Assembly (NCBI GenBank): GCA_016931155.1
Contig: JAFGFJ010000006.1
Span: 220,389-284,388 of the forward strand
Direction of reading: 5' to 3'
DNA: 64,000 nucleotides
DNA from: Candidatus Dojkabacteria bacterium
GTDB taxonomy: Bacteria > Patescibacteriota > Dojkabacteria > B142 > JAFGFJ01
In this document: one piece after another, positions 37,498-48,113 of the stretch
How the letters are laid out: each line of letters starts with the position of its first letter
Position numbering within the stretch: the stretch's first letter is position 1
Position numbers and translations under genes: made by a program
Notes under the pieces: generated by a model
What the model was told of the DNA's origin: nothing
Seen by the model: only the letters and a program-made list of their open reading frames with translations
Databases searched by the model: none

Positions 37498-40212
37498 ATG
37501 AAGGATTTGTCGAAGGCGAAATTAATTATTATTGTTTTCATACTCGGTCTTTTTGGGCTTGCACTTTATTCTATTCCTGCGATAAAGGATGCAGAAAGAA
37601 ACTATGGATTTGGAATAAAACCAGTAGGAACAAAGGTACTTAGTGCATTTAGTTGGCCGACAGATATGCAGTGGTCCGTTTTGACCAGGAATGGAGCGGT
37701 TCTTGTAGATCATGAGGATAGGGCAAGCTGTGAGGATCCGACAAGAAATACCGCAATCTCAGGTAGTCTCGATATTGGTTCGCAGTCACAATGTTCTTCA
37801 GGACAGTACAATCCTGGCAATAATGGGCAGCCTGGAGCAAAAGCAAAAAATACTTATAGTGCAGGTTTTTATTACGATGACCCAAATAGAGATTCTATTG
37901 GCTACTCAAATTTGGCTGATGACTCTGCATATTTTCGGTTTAGGCTTGCTGGAAACCCGATGCAGACAAACCAAAATCTGGGGCTTCAGAATTACTACTG
38001 GTGGATCGTATTAGATGACGATGGAAATGGAACACCCGATTTTTATATAGTTTTAGATGGAAATGGTCCCAGACCTGTAGAAACTCTCACTTTGAAATAC
38101 GAAACAACTGGAGACAGTAGTCCAACTGGTGAACCTGATATTGTTTCTTACGGGAATCCGATTGGAAATGGACTTGTGAGATCTGTTCTGACACCGGACA
38201 ATGGATCCATCGGAGATACGACTGAGTACTTTCTCGATATTCAATTACCACTTGGAGATTTTGATGATATAAACGGAATTCAGCAAATCTATCAAGGAAC
38301 TAAAACATATTTGAAGTATTCTACTTCCGCCAGCGAAGATGATCCAGTTCAGGGGGATTATATATTACCAGGTAATGCTTTTGCTGATCCTGTTGTTTTT
38401 TCCTTAAGTAATTATTATGCGGTAAAGAGTGTCGATGATATAAATGGTGGGTCATTTGAACCTGGCGATATAGTTGAGTATACAGTGACAGTAAATAATT
38501 CCGGGAACAACTTAACAGATATTAATCTTTCAGATGTAATTCACGAAGAAGGGGTTTTTGAAGAAAATGCATACGGTTCTGGCTCAGGAATCCAGGCAGT
38601 AATCAATGGGAATACTTATAATTTGAGCAATATTTTTGATCAGCCTGATGCGGGAGGCTGTTATGTATACTCTAACTGTAGAGCAGATTTCTCTAATAAC
38701 ACAATCAATTTTTATAGCGAAATTATCAATATTGCTGGTTTGGGAGTACAGTCTTTTGATTCCTTCTCGATAAAGTATCGGGTTACATATTTATCTGAAG
38801 GAAACTATTCAAATCAGGCTATACTGAAAAGTAATGAAATAAATGGACAGAGGTATAGTGATGATCCTTCAGTTGATGATTCTGTAGATTGTATTGTTGC
38901 AGGTGTGATAAATTGCAATGATGGAATAACGGGAAATGATGATCCAGTGGTCATTAATAATGTACCAACGCCAACGCCAACGCCAACGCCAACGCCAACG
39001 CCAACGCCAACGCCAACGCCAACACCAACGCCAACACCAACACCAACACCAACGCCAACACCTAAAGCTGACTCTGGATCAACTTCCAAATCTACCACCA
39101 CCCTCGTAATTAGTGAAATGCCAGAGACACATAAAGGCTATTATGATGGAGAGCTTATAGTTAGTTTGAAAGCCGATCCACCTCCTGATTTGACACTTTC
39201 GTTTGGGGATGTTGTGACCTATACCTTGATAATAAAGAATACTTCAAGTTCAGCAATTACAGGTGTTACTGCAATAAACCAGATCCAACAGGGTCTTTTA
39301 TACGTTCCCGGGAGTTCGATTTTAAATGGAGTACTACTAACAGATAAGGAAGACAAGGATTCAGGTTATTACGATAAGGAGAATAGTATCTTCCAGGTTA
39401 TGGTTGGAGACATAGCTGGGGAATCTGAAATTAGTCTGGTGTTTAAGTTGGAGCTTGATGATCTGGAACTTACAGGTAAAGAAGTATTAAAAAAGGTAAT
39501 GATAAAGACAGAAAAACTCGGTTTTATCTACTCAAATGAAATCAAACACTTAGTTGATCTATCAACTATTTCTAAAGGAATTGATGAAACATCAATAAGC
39601 ACAAAAGATATTATAAAGTGGATGGCAGATATTAAGAACATGGGGTTACTATTAATCATTCTTTTTTCCCCGGTTCTAATTGTATTGCTCCTGTACAATC
39701 GCAAACGTGGTTTTCTTTACTTGACAGCTCCAAACCCAAAGGGAATTAACACGCCGATTGAGTCTTTCAACTTCATGGGGGTGAATTCTGAATCTGACAT
39801 TCAAATAACTGAGTGTCTTGAGTATTCTTTGTGTTCTCTTGTTGAGATGGATTCATCCTGGGGTCGAATCATAAAGTATGACAATAGCCCATGGATAGTT
39901 GTTATTAGCAATAAAACGCAATATAAGAAAAATGATAATGGAGGAACTCTCTTTATCTTATCCAAGAAAGATTTTAATTATAAGAGTGGTATATGGACAA
40001 CTAACAAGGAGGTGAAGCCAATTGAAAAATTATTTTTTCATACTGGTCTTGAAGCTTTGATGAGTAATAAAATCCAGGTATTTTTTGTGAATAAAGCAGA
40101 CTTTGATGTTGTGATCAAGGATGACGAAAAAGCTATTTGCAAGCTAAAGGAGCTTAAATCAGAAAATGAAAAAGAGGGGATCAATTCAATAAACCTGAAA
40201 TCACTTTTTTAG
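37498..40212 (+). CDS. Large surface protein with two DUF11-like domains and a Pro-Thr linker
   Basis: PGDIVEYTVTVNN and GDVVTYTLIIKN...YVPGS; N-terminal and late TM helices. Confidence 0.8.
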   Translation: MKDLSKAKLIIIVFILGLFGLALYSIPAIKDAERNYGFGIKPVGTKVLSAFSWPTDMQWSVLTRNGAVLVDHEDRASCEDPTRNTAISGSLDIGSQSQCSSGQYNPGNNGQPGAKAKNTYSAGFYYDDPNRDSIGYSNLADDSAYFRFRLAGNPMQTNQNLGLQNYYWWIVLDDDGNGTPDFYIVLDGNGPRPVETLTLKYETTGDSSPTGEPDIVSYGNPIGNGLVRSVLTPDNGSIGDTTEYFLDIQLPLGDFDDINGIQQIYQGTKTYLKYSTSASEDDPVQGDYILPGNAFADPVVFSLSNYYAVKSVDDINGGSFEPGDIVEYTVTVNNSGNNLTDINLSDVIHEEGVFEENAYGSGSGIQAVINGNTYNLSNIFDQPDAGGCYVYSNCRADFSNNTINFYSEIINIAGLGVQSFDSFSIKYRVTYLSEGNYSNQAILKSNEINGQRYSDDPSVDDSVDCIVAGVINCNDGITGNDDPVVINNVPTPTPTPTPTPTPTPTPTPTPTPTPTPTPTPTPKADSGSTSKSTTTLVISEMPETHKGYYDGELIVSLKADPPPDLTLSFGDVVTYTLIIKNTSSSAITGVTAINQIQQGLLYVPGSSILNGVLLTDKEDKDSGYYDKENSIFQVMVGDIAGESEISLVFKLELDDLELTGKEVLKKVMIKTEKLGFIYSNEIKHLVDLSTISKGIDETSISTKDIIKWMADIKNMGLLLIILFSPVLIVLLLYNRKRGFLYLTAPNPKGINTPIESFNFMGVNSESDIQITECLEYSLCSLVEMDSSWGRIIKYDNSPWIVVISNKTQYKKNDNGGTLFILSKKDFNYKSGIWTTNKEVKPIEKLFFHTGLEALMSNKIQVFFVNKADFDVVIKDDEKAICKLKELKSENEKEGINSINLKSLF
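38965..39063 (+). repeat. Hexamer (CCAACR)n encoding the (PT)n linker
   Basis: About 16 copies of ccaacg/ccaaca. Confidence 0.95.
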
Positions 40213-40272
40213 TATAAACAATCTTAAACCTACGGCTGAGACATGGCACCTCAGTTATTATATTTATTCCGA

Positions 40273-40764
40273 TCACTCTTGTTCCTGTACATTTTTGAGA
40301 TTAAAATCTTGAAGACCTTTTTGTCCGAAGACACTTACAATTTCCGATTTTATAAAATCAATCGCAGAGGTAAGATTACTTCTTTCTGTAAGGCTTAAAG
40401 TATGATTCTTTTCCTGTTTTATTTTCGCTACAGAGTGTAGCATTCTAATAAGTAAAACTGCATCCTCTGTTGCACCTGTAGCGAGTTTCTCTTTTGAAAT
40501 ATCTGCAAGATTACTCATTGTTTCATCTTCTATATTGATTTTTTTATTCAAGTCTTTCAGTACTTTTGCTAGATCTTTTTTTGAAAGAGGATGTCTCATG
40601 CCGAGCTTATTTGCCTGGTCTGTAGGAACGGAAACGTAGAGACCATTTTCGAAAGCTATTTCGTAGTATTCTTTGTCTACTCCTTCAACCTTTTCTTTAT
40701 AAATTCTTTTAATTTTACTTATTCCATAAAGAGGGTAGATGATTGTCTCGCCTTTTTTGTACAT
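40273..40764 (-). CDS. carD: CarD family transcription regulator
   Basis: YKKGETIIYPLYGISKI...YYEI...VSVP...GMR. Confidence 0.8.
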   Translation of the reverse strand: MYKKGETIIYPLYGISKIKRIYKEKVEGVDKEYYEIAFENGLYVSVPTDQANKLGMRHPLSKKDLAKVLKDLNKKINIEDETMSNLADISKEKLATGATEDAVLLIRMLHSVAKIKQEKNHTLSLTERSNLTSAIDFIKSEIVSVFGQKGLQDFNLKNVQEQE

Positions 40765-40791
40765 AAAATTTATCCTAATGAATAAACTCAA

Positions 40792-41985
40792 TTAAACAAA
40801 CGTAAGTGCTTTACCAGTATTATTCGCTCTTCCGGTTCTTCCTATCCGATGAACGTAGTCCTCATAAGTCTTTGGTAATTCGTAGTTAATCACATGACTT
40901 ACTTGTGGAATATCAAGACCTCTTGCGGCTACATCAGTTGCTACCAGAATGTCAATCTTTCCCTCTTTGAACAAGCTAAGAGCTCTCTGCCGCTGTGACT
41001 GACTTTTGTTTCCGTGGATGCATTCAGCTCTTAAACCTCCTTTGTTGAGTTCAACCATAAGTCTTTGAACACCATGTTTTGTCTGTCCAAAAATTAGTGT
41101 TCTAGTAAAGTCTTTCCTTATAAGTAACTCACGGAGAGTATCAAGCTTTTTGGACTTGTCCAATACACGCACAATATCCTGATCAACATTTTCTGCAGTA
41201 TCCCTTGTCTTTACGGAAACTGTTACTGGCTGGTTTGAGTGCTCCCTTATAAGTGTTTTGATTTTTTCATCAACTGTTGCCGAAAAAAACAATGACTGTC
41301 TTTGTTTTGGAAGCGAGCCTATAAGGAATTTGATGTCTTTTGAAAAACCCATATCAAGCATTCTATCAACCTCATCAAGAACAATACTACGGAAAGTTGT
41401 CAAATTTATTGCTCCTCTGTTTATTAGGTCAACGAGTCTTCCTGGTGTTCCTATCACGAAATTACAATTTCTTCTCAGATTCGAAAGTTGTTTCCAAATG
41501 CTCGTCCCTCCAATACAAATAGCTGAAAATATACCAAGTTGAGTTGTAAGTCCTTTTAGTTCTGAGTCAATCTGTAAAGCAAGTTCTCGAGTTGGAGCAA
41601 TGATCAAAACTTTTTCTGATTTGTTATTAATTATTTTATTGATTAAGGGAATCAAAAATGCCAGTGTTTTTCCCATTCCTGTATTTGCAATTCCGATTAA
41701 ATCTTTCCCTTCAAGCAAATAGGGAATTGATTGATCCTGAATTGGCATAGGCTCCTCAAAATTCTTTTTTTTAATATTTACCTTGAGAGTTTCGCTTATG
41801 TTGAAATCATCAAATTTATGCTGAGCAATATATTTTTCAGTCGTGACCGGGGAAGCCCTATTGATAAATCTGGCTATGTCTATCTTGCTCTCCCCTGACT
41901 GTCTACGTTTAGGTCTCCGTCCATAACTGCTCCTGTTGCGACCATATACACCTGAACCCCTGTGATTGTAAGCACGTTGATACAC
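40792..41985 (-). CDS. DEAD/DEAH-box RNA helicase
   Basis: TGMGKT, PTRELA, TPGRL, DEVD, SAT, HRIGRTGR. Confidence 0.95.
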   Translation of the reverse strand: MYQRAYNHRGSGVYGRNRSSYGRRPKRRQSGESKIDIARFINRASPVTTEKYIAQHKFDDFNISETLKVNIKKKNFEEPMPIQDQSIPYLLEGKDLIGIANTGMGKTLAFLIPLINKIINNKSEKVLIIAPTRELALQIDSELKGLTTQLGIFSAICIGGTSIWKQLSNLRRNCNFVIGTPGRLVDLINRGAINLTTFRSIVLDEVDRMLDMGFSKDIKFLIGSLPKQRQSLFFSATVDEKIKTLIREHSNQPVTVSVKTRDTAENVDQDIVRVLDKSKKLDTLRELLIRKDFTRTLIFGQTKHGVQRLMVELNKGGLRAECIHGNKSQSQRQRALSLFKEGKIDILVATDVAARGLDIPQVSHVINYELPKTYEDYVHRIGRTGRANNTGKALTFV

Positions 41986-42240
41986 AAAAAAATGTTAACA
42001 GATATTATTTCAATGGAATAAGAGGATCTTATACTTTTGAAGAAACTTTTACACCAGCTCGTATTTTGATTGGAGCATTCGATTATAACACAGAGGAACA
42101 AGCTCACTATGTTTCTGAGTTCTAAAACGAATTGCAACGGTATAATTCTAAACTATGAAAAAACAAGAATTAACCGCTGCAAATCGTGGAGCAATAGAAA
42201 TATTGCTTAAAGACAATCTTACACCAGGTGAGATTGACTT

Positions 42241-43110
42241 TTAGTTTATGTATAATGAAATTCCAAGGATTATTGAAAAAGAATAAAGAAGTGGATCATA
42301 AATAAGTCTGTTGTCAAAATGGAGAAGAGATTTTTTAGTCTTTAGTCTGTTATAGAGTATGACAGCTATTATTACTATGGGGATAATAAGTAAGGAGGGA
42401 AGATAGATTCTTTTATATGCTATAGAGAAAAGAACGAACAGTATTATTACACTTGTAGCAGCCATAACATTTTTAAGTATTGTAGTTATTTTGATTCCAA
42501 GAATAGAAACTGTATTTTTGAGTCCTGATTTTCTATCAACCTCATAGTCCCTAAGTTCGTTATAGAGGTCACCTGACATTGAGAAAAGTCCTACTCCAAT
42601 AAAAGCCGGAATGATCTCGATATCAAAATGCTTGAAACTGAGATAACTTGAGAGAAGTATCCCGGCCGCAAGAAAGTATCCGTGCGAGAGGAAATCCGCC
42701 CATGCTATGCCTTTAAACCTGACTTGTTTCCATGAATAAAAAAAACCACAGACAAGGAGGCTGATTCCTACTCCCAGTGCTGAAAAATTGACTAGAGCAA
42801 ATAAGATAAGGGATATTCCTGCTACAACAAATGAAGCTGCGTATGCATCTTTCTTTGATAGAATGCCAGCTGAAACAGGATTTCTGTGTATCTTTTTTGG
42901 ATCCATTGCATCATCATCCGCATCTTCTGTATCATTTATCATAAATGCGAAAGATACAGAAGAAAGATTTGCCATAAAGATCAGAAAAAGTTTAACAGGG
43001 GTTATATCCTTGCCGGCCATGAAGGCTCCAAGTATTGAGAGGAATATGACAAAAGAGGTAAATGTCTCCAGTCGAGTAAGTTTATAAATATTCTTGAACT
43101 TTTTAATCAT
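42241..43110 (-). CDS. UbiA family prenyltransferase
   Basis: NDTEDADDD...NP and NELRDYEVD Asp-rich motifs; TM helices. Confidence 0.9.
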   Translation of the reverse strand: MIKKFKNIYKLTRLETFTSFVIFLSILGAFMAGKDITPVKLFLIFMANLSSVSFAFMINDTEDADDDAMDPKKIHRNPVSAGILSKKDAYAASFVVAGISLILFALVNFSALGVGISLLVCGFFYSWKQVRFKGIAWADFLSHGYFLAAGILLSSYLSFKHFDIEIIPAFIGVGLFSMSGDLYNELRDYEVDRKSGLKNTVSILGIKITTILKNVMAATSVIILFVLFSIAYKRIYLPSLLIIPIVIIAVILYNRLKTKKSLLHFDNRLIYDPLLYSFSIILGISLYIN

Positions 43111-43124
43111 TCGGAATTATACAG

Positions 43125-43838
43125 TTAAAACTCTTTATTTGAAACTAAATATGCACCAATGGATTTGCCAGTATAACCTTCAGGATTGCTTTCTGATGTT
43201 GTCATTACAATTCTTAATCTTAGATCAGACAGATCGATATTATTTTTAATTTCAGGATTAACGGTAAAACTGTAGTCTTGCACATGGTTTCCTGTCCTGA
43301 GAATTGCATAACCATAGCCATTGTTACTGGTTGTATATGTTTTGGCAGGTTTGTTGTGGGGCACTCTGTCTCCAAAATTAAAAACAAATAGTGGTAACCC
43401 ATACTTTCGGGAAAAATTTATATTTGCCTCATCCATAAGTTTCCCAAGCGTACTTGTGCTCCAGCAAACTCCTGAAGCGTAATAAAAGGGTTTTTCTGCT
43501 TTGACGTAACCAGCATTTTTCGAGAAAGTAATATATCCATCGGCAATTACTCTTATTCTGTCTCCCGGCGTGAGAACAGGTATTTTATTTAATTGGTACG
43601 CTCCTGCAGCTGCATTAATAAATTTCCCTGTGTAGTAGTCATTTCTGACAAGCGGTAGTTCAACTAGTATATTATTAAATTCTCTACATTGTGAATTTTT
43701 CGCATCAAGGCAGATGAAGTGATCATTTTTTCTAAAAATTTTATTTTCGTCTGTTTCATTTCCGGCAGAATTCAAAGAGACTGTCCCGGAAATTATAATC
43801 ACAATTATAATTGTGGTGATTTTTCTGTAGCTTCCCAA
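43125..43838 (-). CDS. Exported protein, distantly VanW-like
   Basis: Signal peptide; SGVCWSTSTL resembles the VanW GGGxCQxSSTL motif. Confidence 0.5.
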   Translation of the reverse strand: MGSYRKITTIIIVIIISGTVSLNSAGNETDENKIFRKNDHFICLDAKNSQCREFNNILVELPLVRNDYYTGKFINAAAGAYQLNKIPVLTPGDRIRVIADGYITFSKNAGYVKAEKPFYYASGVCWSTSTLGKLMDEANINFSRKYGLPLFVFNFGDRVPHNKPAKTYTTSNNGYGYAILRTGNHVQDYSFTVNPEIKNNIDLSDLRLRIVMTTSESNPEGYTGKSIGAYLVSNKEF

Positions 43839-43984
43839 CTATTTCTAGAAATCTCAATAATGTTATTGGATAGGCTATTCTATTACTAACGGTTCCTCTT
43901 TGGTAGATTACTATTGAGAAATATCCGTAAAGGGTAGCGAAGTTTGTTGTTTTATTGATATTATTGTCAATCTCGAAAAATAAT

Positions 43985-44551
43985 ATGTCTTTAGAAGAAG
44001 AATTGGCATTAGTGGCAAAAGCCAAAAAAGATATCAGATCATTTGATAAACTCTATGAGTATTATCTCCCGAGGATTTTTGCTTATTGTCTTAACCGTCT
44101 GGCAAATCGAGAGACTGCTGAAGATATTACCAGTCAAGTCTTCGTTGGGGCAGTAGAGGGAATAAAGAGATTTGATCTTAAAAAGAGAAATAAGTTTGGT
44201 ACGTGGCTTTACAGGGTTGCACACAATAAGATTGTTGACTATTACAGAAAGAAAAAACCAAAGTTTTTTGGTCTTTTCGGGAATGAAGTAGAAGAAGATT
44301 CTGATCCTGATGAAAAAATGGATATGTCACAGAGGCAGAAACAGATTGTGATTGTTTTGAAAAAATTGAAACCTCGTTATCAGCAGATTATTTCGCTAAG
44401 ATTTTATTCCGAAATGAAGAATGAGGAGATTGCTCAGACAATGCGAATGAAGAAATCGAATGTAGCTCTGGTATTGCATCGTGCACTTCGTGCGTTTAGA
44501 TCTCAATATACAAAAATGCATCCAGAAAGTGAAATTTTTAACCTAGGTTAA
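43985..44551 (+). CDS. ECF RNA polymerase sigma factor
   Basis: AEDITSQVF, WLYRVAHN, EEIAQTM...LHRA (regions 2 and 4). Confidence 0.93.
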   Translation: MSLEEELALVAKAKKDIRSFDKLYEYYLPRIFAYCLNRLANRETAEDITSQVFVGAVEGIKRFDLKKRNKFGTWLYRVAHNKIVDYYRKKKPKFFGLFGNEVEEDSDPDEKMDMSQRQKQIVIVLKKLKPRYQQIISLRFYSEMKNEEIAQTMRMKKSNVALVLHRALRAFRSQYTKMHPESEIFNLG

Positions 44552-44567
44552 CGAAGAACTAAGTGCA

Positions 44568-45758
44568 ATGAAAACTAATATTAAGGAGAAAAATATAAGT
44601 GTGGAAGAGTTTTTCAAAGGGCAAGGGATCCAGCCCGGCGATAAGCTTCTCAGCTCTAACTTTTCAAATTCTCTTAGAGAAAAGGTTCATTCATTGTATT
44701 TAGTTTTTACAGATCAAAAAATGAAGTGGTTAATTGCGAAAAAGAAACTTCTTCTTTTCGGAGGAGGTTTACTTGCTTTTATTTTTGTTGCGACTGCTTT
44801 AGTTACTCTTACGGTTCCTTCAGTGCGAGATCAGGTTACTTCCACTGCTGCTAATCTTTTTGGGATTGGGGACAAGAATCAGGAAGATAATTCAGAAAGA
44901 CCAGAAAAAGAGGAGACTGACACAGAAGCCCCGGAACTATCCATTACTTCGCCTGAAGATGGGGCAAGTATAGTTGAGGCAAAGATTACTATTTCCGGGA
45001 AGACTGAGCCTGGAGCAACAGTTTTTGTTGGTGAAAGTGAGGTTGAGAATGTTGAGGGTGAGTTTAGTAAAGAAGTGGAGCTTGCAATAGGTGAAAATAA
45101 GATAGTTGTAAGAGTAAAGGATGAGGCTGGAAATGAAAATGTTAAGACCTTAACCATAATAAAGGCAGAGGTTACACCGGAGCCGACTCCAGTACCTGCG
45201 AAGATATCTTTATCAGGAGTCGCAGTTGAAAATGGAATCAAACTGACTTGGGGTGTGACAAATGTAAATACAAGTAGTGGATTTAAGATATTGAAGGGTT
45301 CAACTCCAAATCTAACCTATCCTGCTAATGGATACTATAAGTACATAAGTACTGGATCAACAAGAGCATATGTCGCTCCTATTACAAATGGAGAAACATA
45401 TTACTTTAGGGTCTGTCAGTACCAAAACAATGGGACTTGCGGTGTATACAGTAACAGCGTAAAAGTTACGGCACCGAAAAAATCGGGAGGTGCCGTGAGT
45501 TCGATATCACTTAGTGCAGGTGCTGAGTCAGTTAGTTGGAGTGTGAATGGATACTCTGATATGGGTTTCAAAATAGTATGGTCAAAGACATCTGGACCGA
45601 CTTATCCTACAAGGGGTACTGACCAGTATCAGTATAATTCAAGTCCTGAGGCAAGAAGCTACTCTTTTGGTGATGGTGAGGCATTCGATGGACCTGGCAC
45701 TTATTATGTGAGAGTATGTGAGTATCTTGGAGGAAAGTGTGGAGTCTACTCGAACTAG
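44568..45758 (+). CDS. Membrane-anchored putative anti-sigma factor with Ig-like and two FN3-like repeats
   Basis: Follows ECF sigma; TM; SGKTEPGATV...GENKI..DEAGN; repeated YYxRVCxY...CGVYSN. Confidence 0.7.
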   Translation: MKTNIKEKNISVEEFFKGQGIQPGDKLLSSNFSNSLREKVHSLYLVFTDQKMKWLIAKKKLLLFGGGLLAFIFVATALVTLTVPSVRDQVTSTAANLFGIGDKNQEDNSERPEKEETDTEAPELSITSPEDGASIVEAKITISGKTEPGATVFVGESEVENVEGEFSKEVELAIGENKIVVRVKDEAGNENVKTLTIIKAEVTPEPTPVPAKISLSGVAVENGIKLTWGVTNVNTSSGFKILKGSTPNLTYPANGYYKYISTGSTRAYVAPITNGETYYFRVCQYQNNGTCGVYSNSVKVTAPKKSGGAVSSISLSAGAESVSWSVNGYSDMGFKIVWSKTSGPTYPTRGTDQYQYNSSPEARSYSFGDGEAFDGPGTYYVRVCEYLGGKCGVYSN

Positions 45759-45816
45759 GTACAAGTCACTTTAAATTAGATGAGTATGGATTTGAATCAG
45801 GAATAAGGTCGTAGAC

Positions 45817-45851
45817 AAGAGTGAAGAGTGAAGAGTGAAGAGTGAAGAGTG
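45817..45851. repeat. (AAGAGTG)5 microsatellite
   Basis: Five exact heptamer copies. Confidence 0.9.
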
Positions 45852-45890
45852 AGAGTCAAGAATAGGGATGAAAGTAAGAATAAGGATGAG

Positions 45891-45928
45891 AAGGGCGAGT
45901 CCCTGAAAGGGACTCGCCCTTTGTTTTC
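45891..45928 (+). terminator. Rho-independent terminator
   Basis: 14-bp perfect stem AAGGGCGAGTCCCT-gaa-AGGGACTCGCCCTT, then T-rich tail. Confidence 0.85.
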
Positions 45929-46058
45929 CTGATTAAACTCTTAACCATTGGTACAACCAATCAAGAGAGACAGGAGAAAAAAAGATATTAGAAATAATGC
46001 CTTTGTACGGAGTTGATTTATAGGAAAAGTTAAACTGAGACAGGATATAAGGATACTG

Positions 46059-46130
46059 TGAGCGCGAGAGGATTCGAACCTCCGACCAATCGGTTAAGAG
46101 CCGAGTGCTCTACCACTGAGCTACGCGCCC
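46059..46130 (-). tRNA. tRNA-Lys(CTT)
   Basis: GGGCGCG...TCGG-CTCTTAA-CCGA...GGTTCGAATCC. Confidence 0.94.
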
Positions 46131-46173
46131 GCTTCAAGGCTTTTGATTTTACTACAAAAACAATAATAATTCA

Positions 46174-46249
46174 TGGTGCACCCGGAGGGAGTCGAACCCA
46201 CAACAACTTGTTCCGAAGACAAGTGCTCTATCCATTGAGCTACGGGTGC
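46174..46249 (-). tRNA. tRNA-Arg(TCG)
   Basis: GCACCCG...CTTGT-CTTCGGA-ACAAG...CGGGTGCACCA. Confidence 0.94.
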
Positions 46250-46326
46250 TCCTTTGAATTATACATTATTGTTCCATTTTTATTGACAATTTTGCTATTA
46301 TTAATTTAATTATTATCTTGATACCC

Positions 46327-47172
46327 ATGTCATCTATTAATTTTAATTCAGCCTCATTTCTCAAAAGAATTTGGCTGATAGTTTTCGTTGTTTTTGTTTT
46401 TGCCTCACTCAGTTCCACACTTGTTTCTGTTCAGTACGGAACGGTTGCGGTTGTTACGAGGTTTGGACAGGTTACCGATCGTGTTCTTCAGCCTGGTCTG
46501 AATTTTAAGATTCCATTTGTTGAAAGAACGGTAGTATACAGAACTCAAAAGGTTGTTTATGAAACGAGTGATAATCCTCAATCTTCGCAAGCTGCTTATA
46601 CTGACTACCCAGTTGATACAACGACAAAAGACGGGCAGGTAATAGGAGTAAGATATTCGGTGAGATTCTCTATTGATCCCAAACAAGCTGCCTGGATTGC
46701 AAATAACCTTGGGACGGAAGAGGATGTCGTTTATAAGATAGTTCAGACAGACTCACGAATTCACACAAGAAATATTCCAAAGGAATTTAATGCAGCGGAT
46801 CTCTACACAGGAAATATTCAAGATGTTCAACAGAAGATTGATGATGAGTTGAGACCAATTTTTGAACAGAATGGGCTAATTCTTGATGAATTTGGAATTA
46901 GAAATATCTCGTTTAGCGAAGAGTATGTCCAGGCAGTTGAAGCAAAGCAAATAGCAAAAGAGGTAGTTACAACGGAGCAGTATATTGCAGAGCAGGAGCA
47001 ATACAAGAAAGAAGCGGCAATAACAAAGGCAGAAGGAGAGGCACAAGCTCAAAGACTTCAGCAACAGACATTGAGCAACGAGCTTCTTTCAAAACTTTGG
47101 ATAGAGAAATGGGATGGAAGACTACCTACATATATGGGGCAGGGAACTCCGCTCATACAGTTTCCAAAGTAG
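46327..47172 (+). CDS. SPFH/prohibitin (band 7) family protein
   Basis: VVTRFG...PGLNFKIPF, TKDGQ, AVEAKQIA, IEKWDGRLP. Confidence 0.93.
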   Translation: MSSINFNSASFLKRIWLIVFVVFVFASLSSTLVSVQYGTVAVVTRFGQVTDRVLQPGLNFKIPFVERTVVYRTQKVVYETSDNPQSSQAAYTDYPVDTTTKDGQVIGVRYSVRFSIDPKQAAWIANNLGTEEDVVYKIVQTDSRIHTRNIPKEFNAADLYTGNIQDVQQKIDDELRPIFEQNGLILDEFGIRNISFSEEYVQAVEAKQIAKEVVTTEQYIAEQEQYKKEAAITKAEGEAQAQRLQQQTLSNELLSKLWIEKWDGRLPTYMGQGTPLIQFPK

Positions 47173-47206
47173 GCTGATAAACAACCTAACAAGTTAGTTA
47201 TTTAAT

Positions 47207-48112
47207 ATGAGTAGAAGGCTTGTTTTTGGACTGGTAATACTGTTTTCTGTCTTGTTTATGACGTCGGTTTTTCTTTACACGGGAAGCAGAAGTGACTTGG
47301 ATGAAAGAGGGAAGCTAAAAATAGCTGCGAGTATTTTTCCACTCTATGATTTCACAAGAGAAATTGCCGGTGATAAGGCTGAGGTGATCCTTATTCTTCC
47401 TTCAGGATCGAGCCCTCATACTTTTGAGCCTACTCCCAGGGATCAGGAAAAGCTCATTGGTACGGATGCAGTATTTGTAATAGGTCATGGTCTCGACGGC
47501 TGGGCAGAATATCTTGCAACTTCGATATCAGTAAATACGAAAGTGGTACCGGTAGATAGAGGAATTGCTCTTCTTGAGAGTAGAGATGAGGATGCCGGGG
47601 ATTTTTTCGATCCTCATTACTGGCTATCTTTGACCAATGCGGGAATAATTGTTGATAATATCACAGAGGAGCTTACTTTGCTCGATCCAGCAAATTCGTA
47701 TTTCTATACAAGGAATGCAATCAAGTATAAGGAAAAACTTTTTACACTCAGAGAAAATTCTCTTGGCGAATTATCCTCTATAAGAACAAATAAGATAATT
47801 ACTTTTCACAGCGCTTTTAGTTATTTCGCTCAAGATTTTGGTCTGGAAGTAGTTGCTACTATAGAGGAATATCCCGGGAAAGAACCTACAATTCAGTACA
47901 TTGCTAGTGTTCGTGAAATTATGGGACAACACGAGACAGATGTTTTGTTTAGAGAACCTCAGTTGTCTGACAGTGTAGTCATGGCCTTATCGGAAGATAC
48001 AGGTGCACAAATATATACAATTGATCCGGAAGGTGGAGGAATTGCAGGTATTGAGAGCTACATAGAGCTTATTGAGTACAACGTAAGTACAATTAAGAAA
48101 GCATTGAAATGA
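47207..48112 (+). CDS. znuA: Zn/Mn ABC transporter substrate-binding protein
   Basis: SPHTFEP, DPHYWLS, FHSAFSYF. Confidence 0.9.
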   Translation: MSRRLVFGLVILFSVLFMTSVFLYTGSRSDLDERGKLKIAASIFPLYDFTREIAGDKAEVILILPSGSSPHTFEPTPRDQEKLIGTDAVFVIGHGLDGWAEYLATSISVNTKVVPVDRGIALLESRDEDAGDFFDPHYWLSLTNAGIIVDNITEELTLLDPANSYFYTRNAIKYKEKLFTLRENSLGELSSIRTNKIITFHSAFSYFAQDFGLEVVATIEEYPGKEPTIQYIASVREIMGQHETDVLFREPQLSDSVVMALSEDTGAQIYTIDPEGGGIAGIESYIELIEYNVSTIKKALK

Positions 48113-48113
48113 A

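Noticed and set aside
38814-39101. Minus-strand (GV)n ORF and other antisense ORFs within long genes
   Set aside because: Shadows of the real genes on the opposite strand.
14707-45779. Genome-wide TAG recoding, suggested by in-frame TAGs at 14707, 33052 and 45756
   Set aside because: TAG ends full-length conserved genes here (SPFH, sppA, DUF3160, Na/Ca exchanger), and the 14710 ORF has its own signal-like N-terminus. No suppressor tRNA is visible in the window.
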